This document shows positions 38,866 to 47,878 of a stretch of DNA of 64,000 nt, one piece after another. Each line of letters starts with the position of its first letter. The stretch's first letter is position 1. Source of the DNA: an uncultured Candidatus Saccharibacteria bacterium (GTDB lineage Bacteria; Patescibacteriota; Minisyncoccia; Phycocordibacterales; JAKAEA01); assembly GCA_964520645.1 (NCBI GenBank), contig CAZFND010000002.1:9424-73423 (forward strand), written 5' to 3'. The translations under genes and the position numbers were made by a program. Below the pieces are notes generated by a model, which had not been told where the DNA came from, ran no database searches, and was given only the letters and a program-made list of their open reading frames with translations.

Positions 38866-40971
38866 CTACGGTTGTTTTATGAATTGTGGATCAGCTTGCT
38901 TAATAGAAAGATTGATTCGTTTCTTTTCATCAATCTCTTTTATGATCACCGGTACCTTATCCCCAACTTTTAAATATTTAGAAACATTATCGATCCTAAA
39001 AGGAGCAATTTCAGATACATGCACGAGACCTTCTGCATTGGGGCCAATTCTTACAAAAGCACCAAATTCTGCTATCTTTATAACTTCCCCTGTAAAGCGC
39101 TCACCTGGTTTGTACTCTTTTGTCATGCCAGCAATAATGTCGCCAGCTGCTGTAGCTGATCCGTTTTTTCCCGTAATAAATACAGTGCCATCATCTTCGA
39201 TAGTAATATCTGCTCCCGTTTTTTCTTTAATTCCCTTCACCATCTTTCCTCCAGGTCCAATTATCATGCCAATCTGATCAGGATTGATTTTAAGAGCAAT
39301 GATTTGAGGTGCATTAGGAGAAATGTTATTTCGTGGACGTGCAATTTCTTTTTCTATCACATCTAATATCTGCATACGTGCGGTATGTGCTTTCTCTAAT
39401 GCTTCTTTCAAAATCTTTACCGGAATCCCACTAATTTTTACATCCATTTGAATTGCTGTGATACCGTTTCGAGTGCCTGCAACTTTAAAGTCCATGTCTC
39501 CATGATGATCTTCTGGCCCTTGAATATCAGTAAGGAGCACATATTCTGTTGGTGAATGAAGCATCAGTCCAGAAGCAATACCTGCAACAGGAGCACTGAT
39601 TGGCACTCCAGCGTCCATAAGAGCAAGTGTTGATGCGCACACAGAGGCCATAGAAGTCGATCCATTTGATGCCATTGATTCTGATACTATACGGATAGTG
39701 TATGGAAATGTTTCTTTTGATGGAATAACGGGAACAAGTGCTTTTTCTGCGAGAGCGCCATGCCCTACCATTCTTCGATTTGTCCCTCCTACTCTTCCAG
39801 TTTCTCCAGTTGAGAATGGAGGAAAGTTGTAGTGATGCATAAATCGCTTTGCTGTTTGTTCTTCTATACCATCGATAAGTTGGGCATCTTGTGGGCCACC
39901 AAGTGTAAGTGCAGAAAGGACGTGCGTTTCTCCGCGATAAAATATTCCTGATCCATGAAGGATTGGAGAGATTCCTCCAGCTTGTGCATAGAGTGGTCGG
40001 ACTTCATCAAGGCCTCTTCCATCTGCTCTTCGCTTGTTGTTAATAGCTTCTGCGTGAATGAGAGAATTTACTTGTTCTTCATAATACTCATCTGCAAGAG
40101 TATGTGAATGGTCTGGAAATGTTTGTTTATATAATTCGAGCCATGACTTTTTAGAATGTTCTAATGCTTCTTTGCTTGAGTGTGAAGAAAAAATAGTATC
40201 TCTAAGTGTAGGTGCTATCTTTTCTTTAAAAAGAGAAATGAGTTCTTGTGGAATTTCTGGTTTAGGAAGACTGATTTTGGGTGTACTAAACTCTTTAATA
40301 ATTTTCTGTTGAAATGCTTGAAGCTTCTCTATCTCCTCTATAGCACGATCGAGTGCTTCTCCCGCACGTGCATTGCTTATTTCCCTACTTCCCACTTCAA
40401 TCATATTAATATTTCCATCTTTTCCGCATGCAACTAAATCAAATTCATGATCTGGGTGTTCTCGTGTTGTATAAGTAGGATTGATGTCAAAAGAAGTGTT
40501 GTTTTTATTTTTTCCTATTCTGATAGCACTTACCGGACCATTCCATGGTATTGGCGATGTTCCAAGAGCAAGAGATGCTGCAAGTACACCAAGTACATCA
40601 GGATCATCCTGATCGATAGAGAGAACAGTAATAATAATTTGCACTTCACGGCGAATCCACTGATCAAACAATGGTCTAATAGTACGATCTACAATTCGTC
40701 CACTTAAAATGGCTTCATCTGAAGGCTTGCCTTCTCGTCGCATGAATCGTGAGCCGAGAATTTGGCCTGAAGCATAAAATTTTTCTTCGTATTCTACAGT
40801 AAGAGGAAAAAAGTCTGCATCTTTGTCAGACTTCCCCATTACCGCTGTTGCCATCACTACGGTATTCCCATAAGTAATCATTACTGATCCATGGGCCTGA
40901 TTTGCTAAATCATTAAATTCTGCTGTAAGTGTTTTTCCACCGATTTCAAGAGAATATTGTTTTTTTTGCAT
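38866..40971 (-). CDS. pnp: Polyribonucleotide nucleotidyltransferase
   Basis: DFFPLTVEYEE, RRADGR, SNGSTSMAS, GDMDFKVAGT; KH and S1 domains. Confidence 0.97.
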   Translation of the reverse strand: MQKKQYSLEIGGKTLTAEFNDLANQAHGSVMITYGNTVVMATAVMGKSDKDADFFPLTVEYEEKFYASGQILGSRFMRREGKPSDEAILSGRIVDRTIRPLFDQWIRREVQIIITVLSIDQDDPDVLGVLAASLALGTSPIPWNGPVSAIRIGKNKNNTSFDINPTYTTREHPDHEFDLVACGKDGNINMIEVGSREISNARAGEALDRAIEEIEKLQAFQQKIIKEFSTPKISLPKPEIPQELISLFKEKIAPTLRDTIFSSHSSKEALEHSKKSWLELYKQTFPDHSHTLADEYYEEQVNSLIHAEAINNKRRADGRGLDEVRPLYAQAGGISPILHGSGIFYRGETHVLSALTLGGPQDAQLIDGIEEQTAKRFMHHYNFPPFSTGETGRVGGTNRRMVGHGALAEKALVPVIPSKETFPYTIRIVSESMASNGSTSMASVCASTLALMDAGVPISAPVAGIASGLMLHSPTEYVLLTDIQGPEDHHGDMDFKVAGTRNGITAIQMDVKISGIPVKILKEALEKAHTARMQILDVIEKEIARPRNNISPNAPQIIALKINPDQIGMIIGPGGKMVKGIKEKTGADITIEDDGTVFITGKNGSATAAGDIIAGMTKEYKPGERFTGEVIKIAEFGAFVRIGPNAEGLVHVSEIAPFRIDNVSKYLKVGDKVPVIIKEIDEKKRINLSIKQADPQFIKQP

Positions 40972-41010
40972 GAGCTAAGTGTAGCAAAAAATGTTTTGAT
41001 ATAGCAAAAG

Positions 41011-41601
41011 TTATGCTTTTACTTCTGGTTCTTGATCAGGAGCTTTCTCTTGTGTTTGAGATCGAGGCTTAAATCGTCGTTCTGGGCGTGAGTTGTATCC
41101 CAAGAGATATTTGCGAGGATTTGTTGAAAGATCAATGAATTCATCTGCTGATTCTTTGAGCTTTTGTGATGTTGATTGTCCAAATGACACTACTTCTACC
41201 TGGCAGCCTTCATTTATTTTCAAATATTCTACAAGAGGCACGAAGTCTCCATCCCCTGATACAAGTATTACGGTATCAAGCTTAGGTGCCATTTTGATAG
41301 CATCTACGGCAAGACCTACATCCCAGTCAGCTTTCTTAGCACCACCAAAAAAGACTTGAAGGTCTTTTGTTCGAGCTTCAATTCCCATTTTTTCTAATGC
41401 TTCAAAAAAGTTTTTCTCATCCCCTGATTCTGTGGTGATGACATAGGCCATTGCTCGAATGAGCGCTCGGCCAGCGAGGACATCTTTTACTACTTGTCCA
41501 AAGTTAACACGTGTTTGATATAAATTTTTTGCACTATGATATAAATTTTGTGTATCTATGAAAATACCAACTCGTTGTTCTTTATGTTTAATTACGGTCA
41601 T
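41011..41601 (-). CDS. NYN/LabA-DUF88 domain (PIN-like) protein
   Basis: FIDTQN, KADWDVG, SGDGDF motifs. Confidence 0.9.
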   Translation of the reverse strand: MTVIKHKEQRVGIFIDTQNLYHSAKNLYQTRVNFGQVVKDVLAGRALIRAMAYVITTESGDEKNFFEALEKMGIEARTKDLQVFFGGAKKADWDVGLAVDAIKMAPKLDTVILVSGDGDFVPLVEYLKINEGCQVEVVSFGQSTSQKLKESADEFIDLSTNPRKYLLGYNSRPERRFKPRSQTQEKAPDQEPEVKA

Positions 41602-41625
41602 GTATATGTCTACTATTAATAAAAA

Positions 41626-41657
41626 TAAAAGCGCGATCTTTATGGTATCACGCTTTT
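41626..41657 (-). terminator. Terminator after rpsO
   Basis: TAAAAGCGCGAT...ATCACGCTTTTA hairpin with T-rich tail on the minus strand. Confidence 0.6.
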
Positions 41658-41664
41658 ATCTCTA

Positions 41665-41937
41665 TTACGATTTTTTCTTTAGATTGAGCTTCTTAAGAAG
41701 TGCAGTATATCGCTTTGGATTCTTCTTCTGAAGATAGTTGAGGTGACTTTGTCGCCCTGCAACCATTTGGAGTAATCCTCGGCGTGAATGCTTATCATTA
41801 CTGTTTTTCTTCAAATGCGCAGTGAGCTCTTCGATTCTCTTAGTCAAAAGAGAAACCTGAACCTCAGGAGAACCTGTGTCAGTGTCGTGAATGGCTGTTA
41901 ATTTAATCGTTTTCTGTTTTTTTGTCTTACTTAACAT
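41665..41937 (-). CDS. rpsO: 30S ribosomal protein S15
   Basis: [21 protein letters not shown]; start ATG 41937. Confidence 0.97.
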   Translation of the reverse strand: MLSKTKKQKTIKLTAIHDTDTGSPEVQVSLLTKRIEELTAHLKKNSNDKHSRRGLLQMVAGRQSHLNYLQKKNPKRYTALLKKLNLKKKS

Positions 41938-41992
41938 GATTGTAGATAATAGCATAAAAGCCAAAAATGTGCAAGGATGATATACTATTTGC

Positions 41993-42925
41993 ATGGATTT
42001 AGAGCTTTTAAAGAAGGATTTCCTTGATTATACCGAGATAGAAAAAGGTAGAAGTCTTAAGACTCGAAGGAACTACGATCACTATTTAACCGTGTTTTTA
42101 AGCCATACTAAGCTCAAACACCCCCAAGATATTACCGATGATGTCCTTCGAGAATACCGCCTCTGGCTCAACCGTCAGCCTGCTCGGCTTAAGGAAGGCA
42201 CACGAGCTTATGAAGGAATTCACGAAAATCTCAAAAAAAGAACTCAAAACTATTATTTAATCGCACTTCGAGCATTTCTTAAGTATTTAGTGCGACGAGA
42301 TATTACGTCATTGTCGCCAGAACGTATAGAATTAGCCAAAGTTCCTGAGCGCTCTCTCGATCTCATCTCCTCCGAGGAGCTTGATCGACTCATGAAGGCT
42401 CCCGATGGTGCAGACCTTAAGAGTTTGCGTGATAAAGCAATACTAGAACTCTTTTTCTCTACCGGACTTCGTGTATCTGAGCTCTGTTCCCTTCCTCGAG
42501 AGCTTGATATCAAGAAAGATGAATTCTCTGTGCGAGGGAAAGGCGGAAAGGTTCGGGTTGTTTTTCTTTCAGAAAATGCTCGCCAAGCACTAGCTGCATA
42601 TCTTAAAGAAAGAAAAGATATGGATGATGCTCTCTTTGTGCAGATTTCCAAAAATCAGAATGATAAACAATCTCTCAGACTTACTGCGCGCTCTATCGAA
42701 CGCATCATCAAACATTATGCAATTAAAGCAGGAATATCAAAGAAAGTGACTCCTCACGTAGTACGACACAGCTTTGCTACAGATTTACTCCAGAATGGCG
42801 CTGATTTGCGCTCAGTCCAAGCCCTCTTAGGTCATGCCAATATTGCTACGACACAGATTTATACCCACGTTACCGATAAGCACCTCAAAGAAATTCACAA
42901 GAAGTTCCATAATAAAGGAAAATAA
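41993..42925 (+). CDS. XerC/XerD-family tyrosine recombinase
   Basis: [36 protein letters not shown] catalytic R-K-H-R-H-Y set. Confidence 0.93.
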   Translation: MDLELLKKDFLDYTEIEKGRSLKTRRNYDHYLTVFLSHTKLKHPQDITDDVLREYRLWLNRQPARLKEGTRAYEGIHENLKKRTQNYYLIALRAFLKYLVRRDITSLSPERIELAKVPERSLDLISSEELDRLMKAPDGADLKSLRDKAILELFFSTGLRVSELCSLPRELDIKKDEFSVRGKGGKVRVVFLSENARQALAAYLKERKDMDDALFVQISKNQNDKQSLRLTARSIERIIKHYAIKAGISKKVTPHVVRHSFATDLLQNGADLRSVQALLGHANIATTQIYTHVTDKHLKEIHKKFHNKGK

Positions 42926-42939
42926 CTTATGATAGTGGG

Positions 42940-43719
42940 ATGAAAATCATCTCATGGAATGTGAATGGCCTGCGCGCTCTCCACAAAAAGGGCAATTTTG
43001 CATGGATTATCAACGAATCTCCAGACTTCTTCTGCTTACAAGAGGTAAAAGCAAGTCCAGATCAGCTCGTAGACGAGATTAAGGTATTACAAGGCTATAC
43101 TGCATACTTTGATTATTCAAAAGTGAAGAAGGGATACAGTGGTGTCGCTATTTATACTAAGCACACACCTCTTAAGGTGGATTATGGAATGGGAATAGAG
43201 GAATTTGATCTAGAAGGTAGATTGTTAGCCCTACATTACAAAGATTTTGTTTTGTTTAATATTTATTTTCCTAATGGAGGAGGAGGTCCTGTTCGCTTAG
43301 ACTATAAACTCAGATTTTATGATGCTTTCTTAGCGTATATAGAGAAAATAAGAAAGACAGGTAAGAAAATAATCTTTTGTGGTGATGTAAATACCGCGCA
43401 TGAAGCAATTGACCTAGCTCGACCAAAGGAAAATGAAGAAAATACTGGCTTTTTGCCGGAAGAGCGAGCGTGGATTGATGAGGTGGTCAATCATGGATAT
43501 GTAGATGTCTATCGGCACCTCTTCCCTACCAAAAAGGATGTCTATACCTATTGGGACATGAAGAGTGCAGCACGAGAGCGAAATGTCGGATGGAGAATAG
43601 ATTACTTTTTTGTCTCAAATGATCTTGTAAAGGACATAAAAAACGTAACAACTCACACAGAAATTTTGGGATCTGATCACTGTCCTTTAGAGCTTGAGTT
43701 CAAAAAGTCTCTAATCTAG
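42940..43719 (+). CDS. xth: Exodeoxyribonuclease III
   Basis: SWNVNG, LQEVK, GDVNTAH, GWRIDY, SDHCP. Confidence 0.97.
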   Translation: MKIISWNVNGLRALHKKGNFAWIINESPDFFCLQEVKASPDQLVDEIKVLQGYTAYFDYSKVKKGYSGVAIYTKHTPLKVDYGMGIEEFDLEGRLLALHYKDFVLFNIYFPNGGGGPVRLDYKLRFYDAFLAYIEKIRKTGKKIIFCGDVNTAHEAIDLARPKENEENTGFLPEERAWIDEVVNHGYVDVYRHLFPTKKDVYTYWDMKSAARERNVGWRIDYFFVSNDLVKDIKNVTTHTEILGSDHCPLELEFKKSLI

Positions 43720-43782
43720 GCTGTGTATATTGACACGGGCTTGACAAGGACATTGTACAGATTTTGAAATGTCTTTTATATG

Positions 43783-43810
43783 TTGACATAAATGATGAGG
43801 GTGATATTCT
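43783..43810 (+). promoter_or_regulatory. sigma70 promoter driving the ncRNA candidate
   Basis: TTGACA-N16-TATTCT with TG extension. Confidence 0.6.
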
Positions 43811-43816
43811 TATACC

Positions 43817-43998
43817 AGAACAAAGGTGAAGAACACGAGAAGATATAGGATGTTGGGTGTCGTAATGCTGGAGATCGCGCATTGTCGCTCAGCATATTAC
43901 CTACCTACTAACATGAATCTTATCAAGTTCACTAACCAAGAGTTCATTTTTTTACGGCAGTGTCCTTAACCAATTTCTGGGGGATGCTGCTTTTTTTT
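43817..43998 (+). ncRNA. Candidate rod-shaped ncRNA (~180 nt) ending in an intrinsic terminator
   Basis: Nested pairings GTGAA/TTCAC, AAGAT/ATCTT, ATGTTGG/CTAACAT, GTAAT/ATTAC, ATGCTG/CAGCAT; terminator GCAGTGTCC..GGATGCTGC-T8. Confidence 0.55.
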
Positions 43999-44016
43999 GG
44001 CTGAAAATATATATAA

Positions 44017-44044
44017 AATAACGAGCCTAATCGGCTCGTTATTT
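44017..44044. terminator. Terminator after the cca gene
   Basis: AATAACGAGCC-TAATC-GGCTCGTTATT. Confidence 0.75.
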
Positions 44045-44052
44045 TAATAATC

Positions 44053-45540
44053 TTATTCTACAAAGTGCTTTTTCCGTATTTCTTCTATCTTTTTCTCGTC
44101 TTCTAGCTCTTTTGACTCTTTTCCCTTTTCACCCAATGCTTTAAGCTCTGCTTCTGGTAATATAATCAGCTCTTGAGCCCTTTTTTTTAAATATTCTGGG
44201 GTATTAAGCTTGGGATCTTCGAGTACTTCTTCAAGGAGTGCATGAAGTACATATCCAATCTTAGGTCCTGGTGTTACATGTGTAACATCCATAATCTTTT
44301 TGCCATCAATCTTCAACATGCCTACAGAAATTGGATCACGTAATACTTCTTCGATCATTGCATGATATTTGCGAAGTCGGTATGGACTTTCTTTGGGTCT
44401 GCCGGTCCCTATACGGTCCGCCACGCGAAGATTCATGAGGTCCCATACATTATCACTACCCACATTCACGATGAGCCTTCTAACGGCAGAATTGGTGATT
44501 GTTTCGGTATCAGAGAAAAACATATGCCATCGAACAAGTTTCACTATCTTATCCATCATCTTCTGGGGGAACTTGAGATTAGTAAGAATGTTTCGTGTGA
44601 AACGTGCTCCTACTACCTCATGGCCATAGAAGGTCCACTTTACTTTACCAGGAGTCTTGCGACGGGTGTCTGGCTTACCAATATCGTGAAATAGAGCCGC
44701 AAGACGGATATCAAGAGGCCATTTCTTGTCTGCGGTAAGCTGCACAGAGCGAAGGAGGTGTTCCCATACGTCGTATTGGTGCACCCCACCCTGATCAATG
44801 CCTATTCCAAGCTCTAGCTGTGGAACAACATACTTGAGAGTATCGCACTCGTGCATAAGCTCTAGTCCCCTTTTAGGATAATCTGACATAATGATTCGGC
44901 TAAACTCATCTCGGATTCTTTCCTTTGAGACTGCTTCAAGCAAATAAGCGTTATTTTTAAGGGCTTTTTGTGTTTCTCCTTCAATAGCAAAGTTGAGCTC
45001 ACATGAGAGTCTAATAGCTCGTAGAATTCTTAAAGCATCCTCTGTAAATCTGTCATGAGCGTTCCCTACTGTACGTATAATCTTAGCCTCCAAATCTTCT
45101 TGTCCTTTATAAAGGTCAATAAGTTGGCCTTTAAATGGATCAAGGCCAATTGCGTTAATCGTAAAGTCACGTCTCTTAAGGTCATCATCGAGGTTCTTGC
45201 TAAAGGTTACACTGTCTGGACGTCTTTTATCTGAATACCCTGTTTCTAGGCGATATGGAGTGACTTCAATTACTTTAAGACTTTCATCAATCCCCTCTGT
45301 CTCATTGACTATCCCTACTGTACCAAAGGAGTTTTCATAGAATGTCTCTTTGAAAAGCTTGATGATTTCTTCAGGGACAGCATTGGTTGTTATGTCCCAG
45401 TCCTTAGGCTTTCTGTCCAATACAAGATCTCGTACACATCCCCCTATTAAATAAGCTTCAAAACCAGCATCTTTCAGTGTCTTTGCTGTTGTTAGTACTT
45501 CTTCAGGTATTTTGTTTATCAGTGTTTTAGCTGAGTTCAT
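44053..45540 (-). CDS. CCA tRNA nucleotidyltransferase (HD domain-containing)
   Basis: GGCVRD..DWD, RRDFTINA, EDALRILRA, HDIGKP. Confidence 0.92.
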   Translation of the reverse strand: MNSAKTLINKIPEEVLTTAKTLKDAGFEAYLIGGCVRDLVLDRKPKDWDITTNAVPEEIIKLFKETFYENSFGTVGIVNETEGIDESLKVIEVTPYRLETGYSDKRRPDSVTFSKNLDDDLKRRDFTINAIGLDPFKGQLIDLYKGQEDLEAKIIRTVGNAHDRFTEDALRILRAIRLSCELNFAIEGETQKALKNNAYLLEAVSKERIRDEFSRIIMSDYPKRGLELMHECDTLKYVVPQLELGIGIDQGGVHQYDVWEHLLRSVQLTADKKWPLDIRLAALFHDIGKPDTRRKTPGKVKWTFYGHEVVGARFTRNILTNLKFPQKMMDKIVKLVRWHMFFSDTETITNSAVRRLIVNVGSDNVWDLMNLRVADRIGTGRPKESPYRLRKYHAMIEEVLRDPISVGMLKIDGKKIMDVTHVTPGPKIGYVLHALLEEVLEDPKLNTPEYLKKRAQELIILPEAELKALGEKGKESKELEDEKKIEEIRKKHFVE

Positions 45541-45620
45541 GAGACAATTCTATGATATTTTTTGATTTTTCCCTAATTTAAGGTTATTATACACAACATT
45601 GTTTTTGTTAGTTGTAATTT

Positions 45621-45692
45621 GCGCCCGTAGCTCAACGGATAGAGTACCGGTCTTCGGAACCGTGGATGTGGGTTCGATTCCTGCCGGGCGCA
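45621..45692 (+). tRNA. tRNA-Arg (TCG)
   Basis: GCGCCCG acceptor stem, anticodon loop CT-TCG-GA, GGTTCGATTCC T-arm; CCA not encoded. Confidence 0.9.
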
Positions 45693-45754
45693 CAGTATTC
45701 TTTGGAAAAAGAATATAAATAATATATTCGTTTACGAAGTTTTGGCGGGCGTGT

Positions 45755-45787
45755 CCCGCCGAAGTTCGCAGAGCGAACGTAGGCGGG
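45755..45787. repeat. Palindromic REP-like unit overlapping the 5' end of tRNA-Gly
   Basis: CCCGCC-GAA-GTTCGC-AGA-GCGAAC-GTA-GGCGGG; same architecture as the polA unit. Confidence 0.6.
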
Positions 45788-45853
45788 TATGGTTTAGTGG
45801 TAGAATACGTCCTTGCCAAGGATGAGACGGGAGTTCGATTCTCCCTACCCGCA
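45783..45853 (+). tRNA. tRNA-Gly (GCC)
   Basis: GCGGGTA acceptor, CGTCC-TTGCCAA-GGATG anticodon arm, GTTCGATT T-loop. Confidence 0.93.
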
Positions 45854-45862
45854 CAAGCTCAA

Positions 45863-45895
45863 CAAAAAGACGGCCTACAATAGGCCGTCTTTTTG
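45863..45895 (+). terminator. Terminator after the tRNA pair
   Basis: CAAAAAGACGGCCTA-CAA-TAGGCCGTCTTTTTG. Confidence 0.85.
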
Positions 45896-45952
45896 TATAT
45901 GTCTTTGTCCCCACCTCTTTATTAACACTTTCTATATAATTAGCCACAATCC

Positions 45953-45991
45953 TGTGGAAAACTGTGGATAACTCTGGGGATATGTGTATAA
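45953..45991 (-). promoter_or_regulatory. DnaA-box cluster
   Basis: TGTGGATAA 45963-45971 and TGTGTATAA 45983-45991 (both match TTATNCACA), plus near-matches at 45953 and 45975, all co-oriented. Confidence 0.7.
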
Positions 45992-46098
45992 AAGACACAT
46001 GGTAATGTCTTTTGACTTCCCTACCATCAAGTCGTCAATTTGATAAAAGAGCTATATTATTAGCCGTGTTTTATAAGACAGAGTGAGTAATTCAAATA

Positions 46099-46114
46099 CG
46101 TTTCACGTGAAACC
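46099..46114. promoter_or_regulatory. parS (ParB-binding) site
   Basis: cGTTTCACGTGAAACc, perfect 14-bp core of the canonical parS palindrome. Confidence 0.8.
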
Positions 46115-46214
46115 ATATATTGTGTTATTTATGAAACATTTAAGTTAATTTGATGAAAAATTTATGCCTGTACTAGTACTCTAGAGCTATTAGTAATAGG
46201 TAATAATAAGTTTC

Positions 46215-46640
46215 ATGTCAAACAAAACCAAGCAAAACAAGGGGGATAGGCGCACAAAAAAGCGTAAAATAGGTGATCTAGGGGAGAATATAGCAGTAAC
46301 GTTTCTTATGAAACAGGGTTTTGACGTAGTAGATAGGAATTACTTAAAGAAATATGGGGAATTGGATATTGTGGCTATAAAGGGGGAAATCTATCATTTC
46401 ATAGAGGTAAAGAGTGTTTCATGTGAAAGCTTTCCAGATGTTAATCATGAAACAGATAGCTATAGGCCAGAGGATAATGTCCATGGGTATAAGCTTAAAA
46501 GACTGTCAAAGACAATTCAGGCCTATATCCTTGAGAAACAGGTCTATGAAAGGGAATGGCAGTTTGATATTGCTGTTGTATATCTCAATACAATAACGCG
46601 TACAGCCAGGGTGAAACTCTTAGAAGACATTATTTTATAA
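46215..46640 (+). CDS. YraN family (UPF0102) endonuclease-like protein
   Basis: GDLGENIA, RNY...GELDIVA, FIEVKS, QFDI. Confidence 0.9.
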   Translation: MSNKTKQNKGDRRTKKRKIGDLGENIAVTFLMKQGFDVVDRNYLKKYGELDIVAIKGEIYHFIEVKSVSCESFPDVNHETDSYRPEDNVHGYKLKRLSKTIQAYILEKQVYEREWQFDIAVVYLNTITRTARVKLLEDIIL

Positions 46641-46684
46641 GCTTTTTTTGATATTTCACACTCCTGTGCTAGTATTCATGGAAT

Positions 46685-46757
46685 CGGAGTGTGGTGTAAC
46701 GGCTAACATTCCTGTTTTGGGAACAGGCGACTCCGGGTTCGAATCCCGGCACTCCGA
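46685..46757 (+). tRNA. tRNA-Pro (TGG)
   Basis: CGGAGTG/CACTCCG acceptor, CCTGT-TTTGGGA-ACAGG anticodon arm, GGTTCGAATCC. Confidence 0.93.
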
Positions 46758-46763
46758 CACGTA

Positions 46764-47081
46764 ATGTCTAAAAAGTTTCAAAAGAGGGTAGAGGATTTTG
46801 TGTGTGAGAAATGTGGTTTTGCTATGAAAAGTAATGGTTTTACCAACCATTGCTCACAATGCCTATGGTCAAAACATGTAGATGTTAATCCAGGGGATAG
46901 GGAAGCAGTGTGTGGTGGCCTTATGCAGCCTGTAGATTTTGTAAAGGAGAAGCTCAATTACATGATCACTCATCAATGCACTGTCTGTGGGTATCAGAAG
47001 AGAAATAGGCTTGCTCCAGAGGACAACTTTGATAAGGCTCTTGAAATTGTAAAGAAAAAGGCAGATAAATTGCTAGGATAA
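46764..47081 (+). CDS. RNHCP-domain zinc-binding protein
   Basis: F.CEKCG..TNHCSQCLWSKHVD..PGDRE..CGGLM.P..HQC..CG. Confidence 0.88.
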   Translation: MSKKFQKRVEDFVCEKCGFAMKSNGFTNHCSQCLWSKHVDVNPGDREAVCGGLMQPVDFVKEKLNYMITHQCTVCGYQKRNRLAPEDNFDKALEIVKKKADKLLG

Positions 47082-47108
47082 TAGTTTTTTGATATAGTAT
47101 TTCTCATT

Positions 47109-47179
47109 GCGGGATTAGTTTAATGGTAGAACTACAGTTTTCCAAACTGTTGGCAGGAGTTCGATTCCCCTATCCCGCA
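47109..47179 (+). tRNA. tRNA-Gly (TCC)
   Basis: GCGGGAT/ATCCCGC acceptor, ACAGT-TTTCCAA-ACTGT anticodon arm. Confidence 0.93.
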
Positions 47180-47200
47180 CAGAAAAACAAAAAATCAGCT

Positions 47201-47776
47201 CTAGGCTGATTTTTTGTTTGATCTCTTTTTACCTTCGAGAGCCTGTAGCACTGTTTCTCCGATAATGATCACTGAAGAGATAATGAGTATGATAGCGGCC
47301 ATCCAGAGCCATGGTTGAGAGGGGACATTGATCATGTGCTCTATGTGTCTATGTACAAACCCTATAGCAAAGGCACTCCACCATCCCACTTGAGAAATAG
47401 TTGATGCAACGGCCATTCTAAATTGCTCTCGAGCAGGAAGGGCATCAACGTCACCTAGTTTCTCCACATTTTTCTTAATAAAATGTAGAAATACACCATT
47501 TACTGCGACCAAGCCTACAAAGAAGAGCTTTATCATCGTAAGGTTGTCGATATATCCCTTAAGCGTAATAAGGCCAATACCTGAGAGAATAAGACCGGTG
47601 AGGCCAAGCCAGATAAGCTTTGTAGAGACATTTGCTACTTGATGTACTTGAGAAAGCTTCATGTGCTTTACCATCCACATGAGGCCAAACGTGTCTATGG
47701 TAATAACACTTCCTATAGCAATGATAAAAGAAATAACATGAATAAATAAGAAACCATAAAAAAGTGGTGTATCCAT
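47201..47776 (-). CDS. Polytopic membrane hypothetical protein
   Basis: Five hydrophobic segments with His residues; likely start ATG 47776. Confidence 0.7.
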   Translation of the reverse strand: MDTPLFYGFLFIHVISFIIAIGSVITIDTFGLMWMVKHMKLSQVHQVANVSTKLIWLGLTGLILSGIGLITLKGYIDNLTMIKLFFVGLVAVNGVFLHFIKKNVEKLGDVDALPAREQFRMAVASTISQVGWWSAFAIGFVHRHIEHMINVPSQPWLWMAAIILIISSVIIIGETVLQALEGKKRSNKKSA

Positions 47777-47827
47777 ACTAAAAGTATAGCAAAAAAATAT
47801 TAAAATAAACAAGAATAAAAAGAAGTA

Positions 47828-47862
47828 ACAAAAAGCCTCACTCCAAGAGTGAGGCTTTTTGT
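47828..47862 (-). terminator. Terminator after HU
   Basis: ACAAAAAGCCTCACTC-CAA-GAGTGAGGCTTTTTGT. Confidence 0.85.
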
Positions 47863-47878
47863 GTAAGAGGGAATAAGA

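Noticed and set aside
41993-42925. Tyrosine recombinase as a prophage or island integrase
   Set aside because: It has Xer-like length and motifs, sits among core genes (rpsO, xth), and has no att repeats or cargo. No dif site was recognised either.
45550-45998. Minus-strand ORFs of 89 and 88 aa (also 46656-46850)
   Set aside because: They are antisense translations of tRNA genes.
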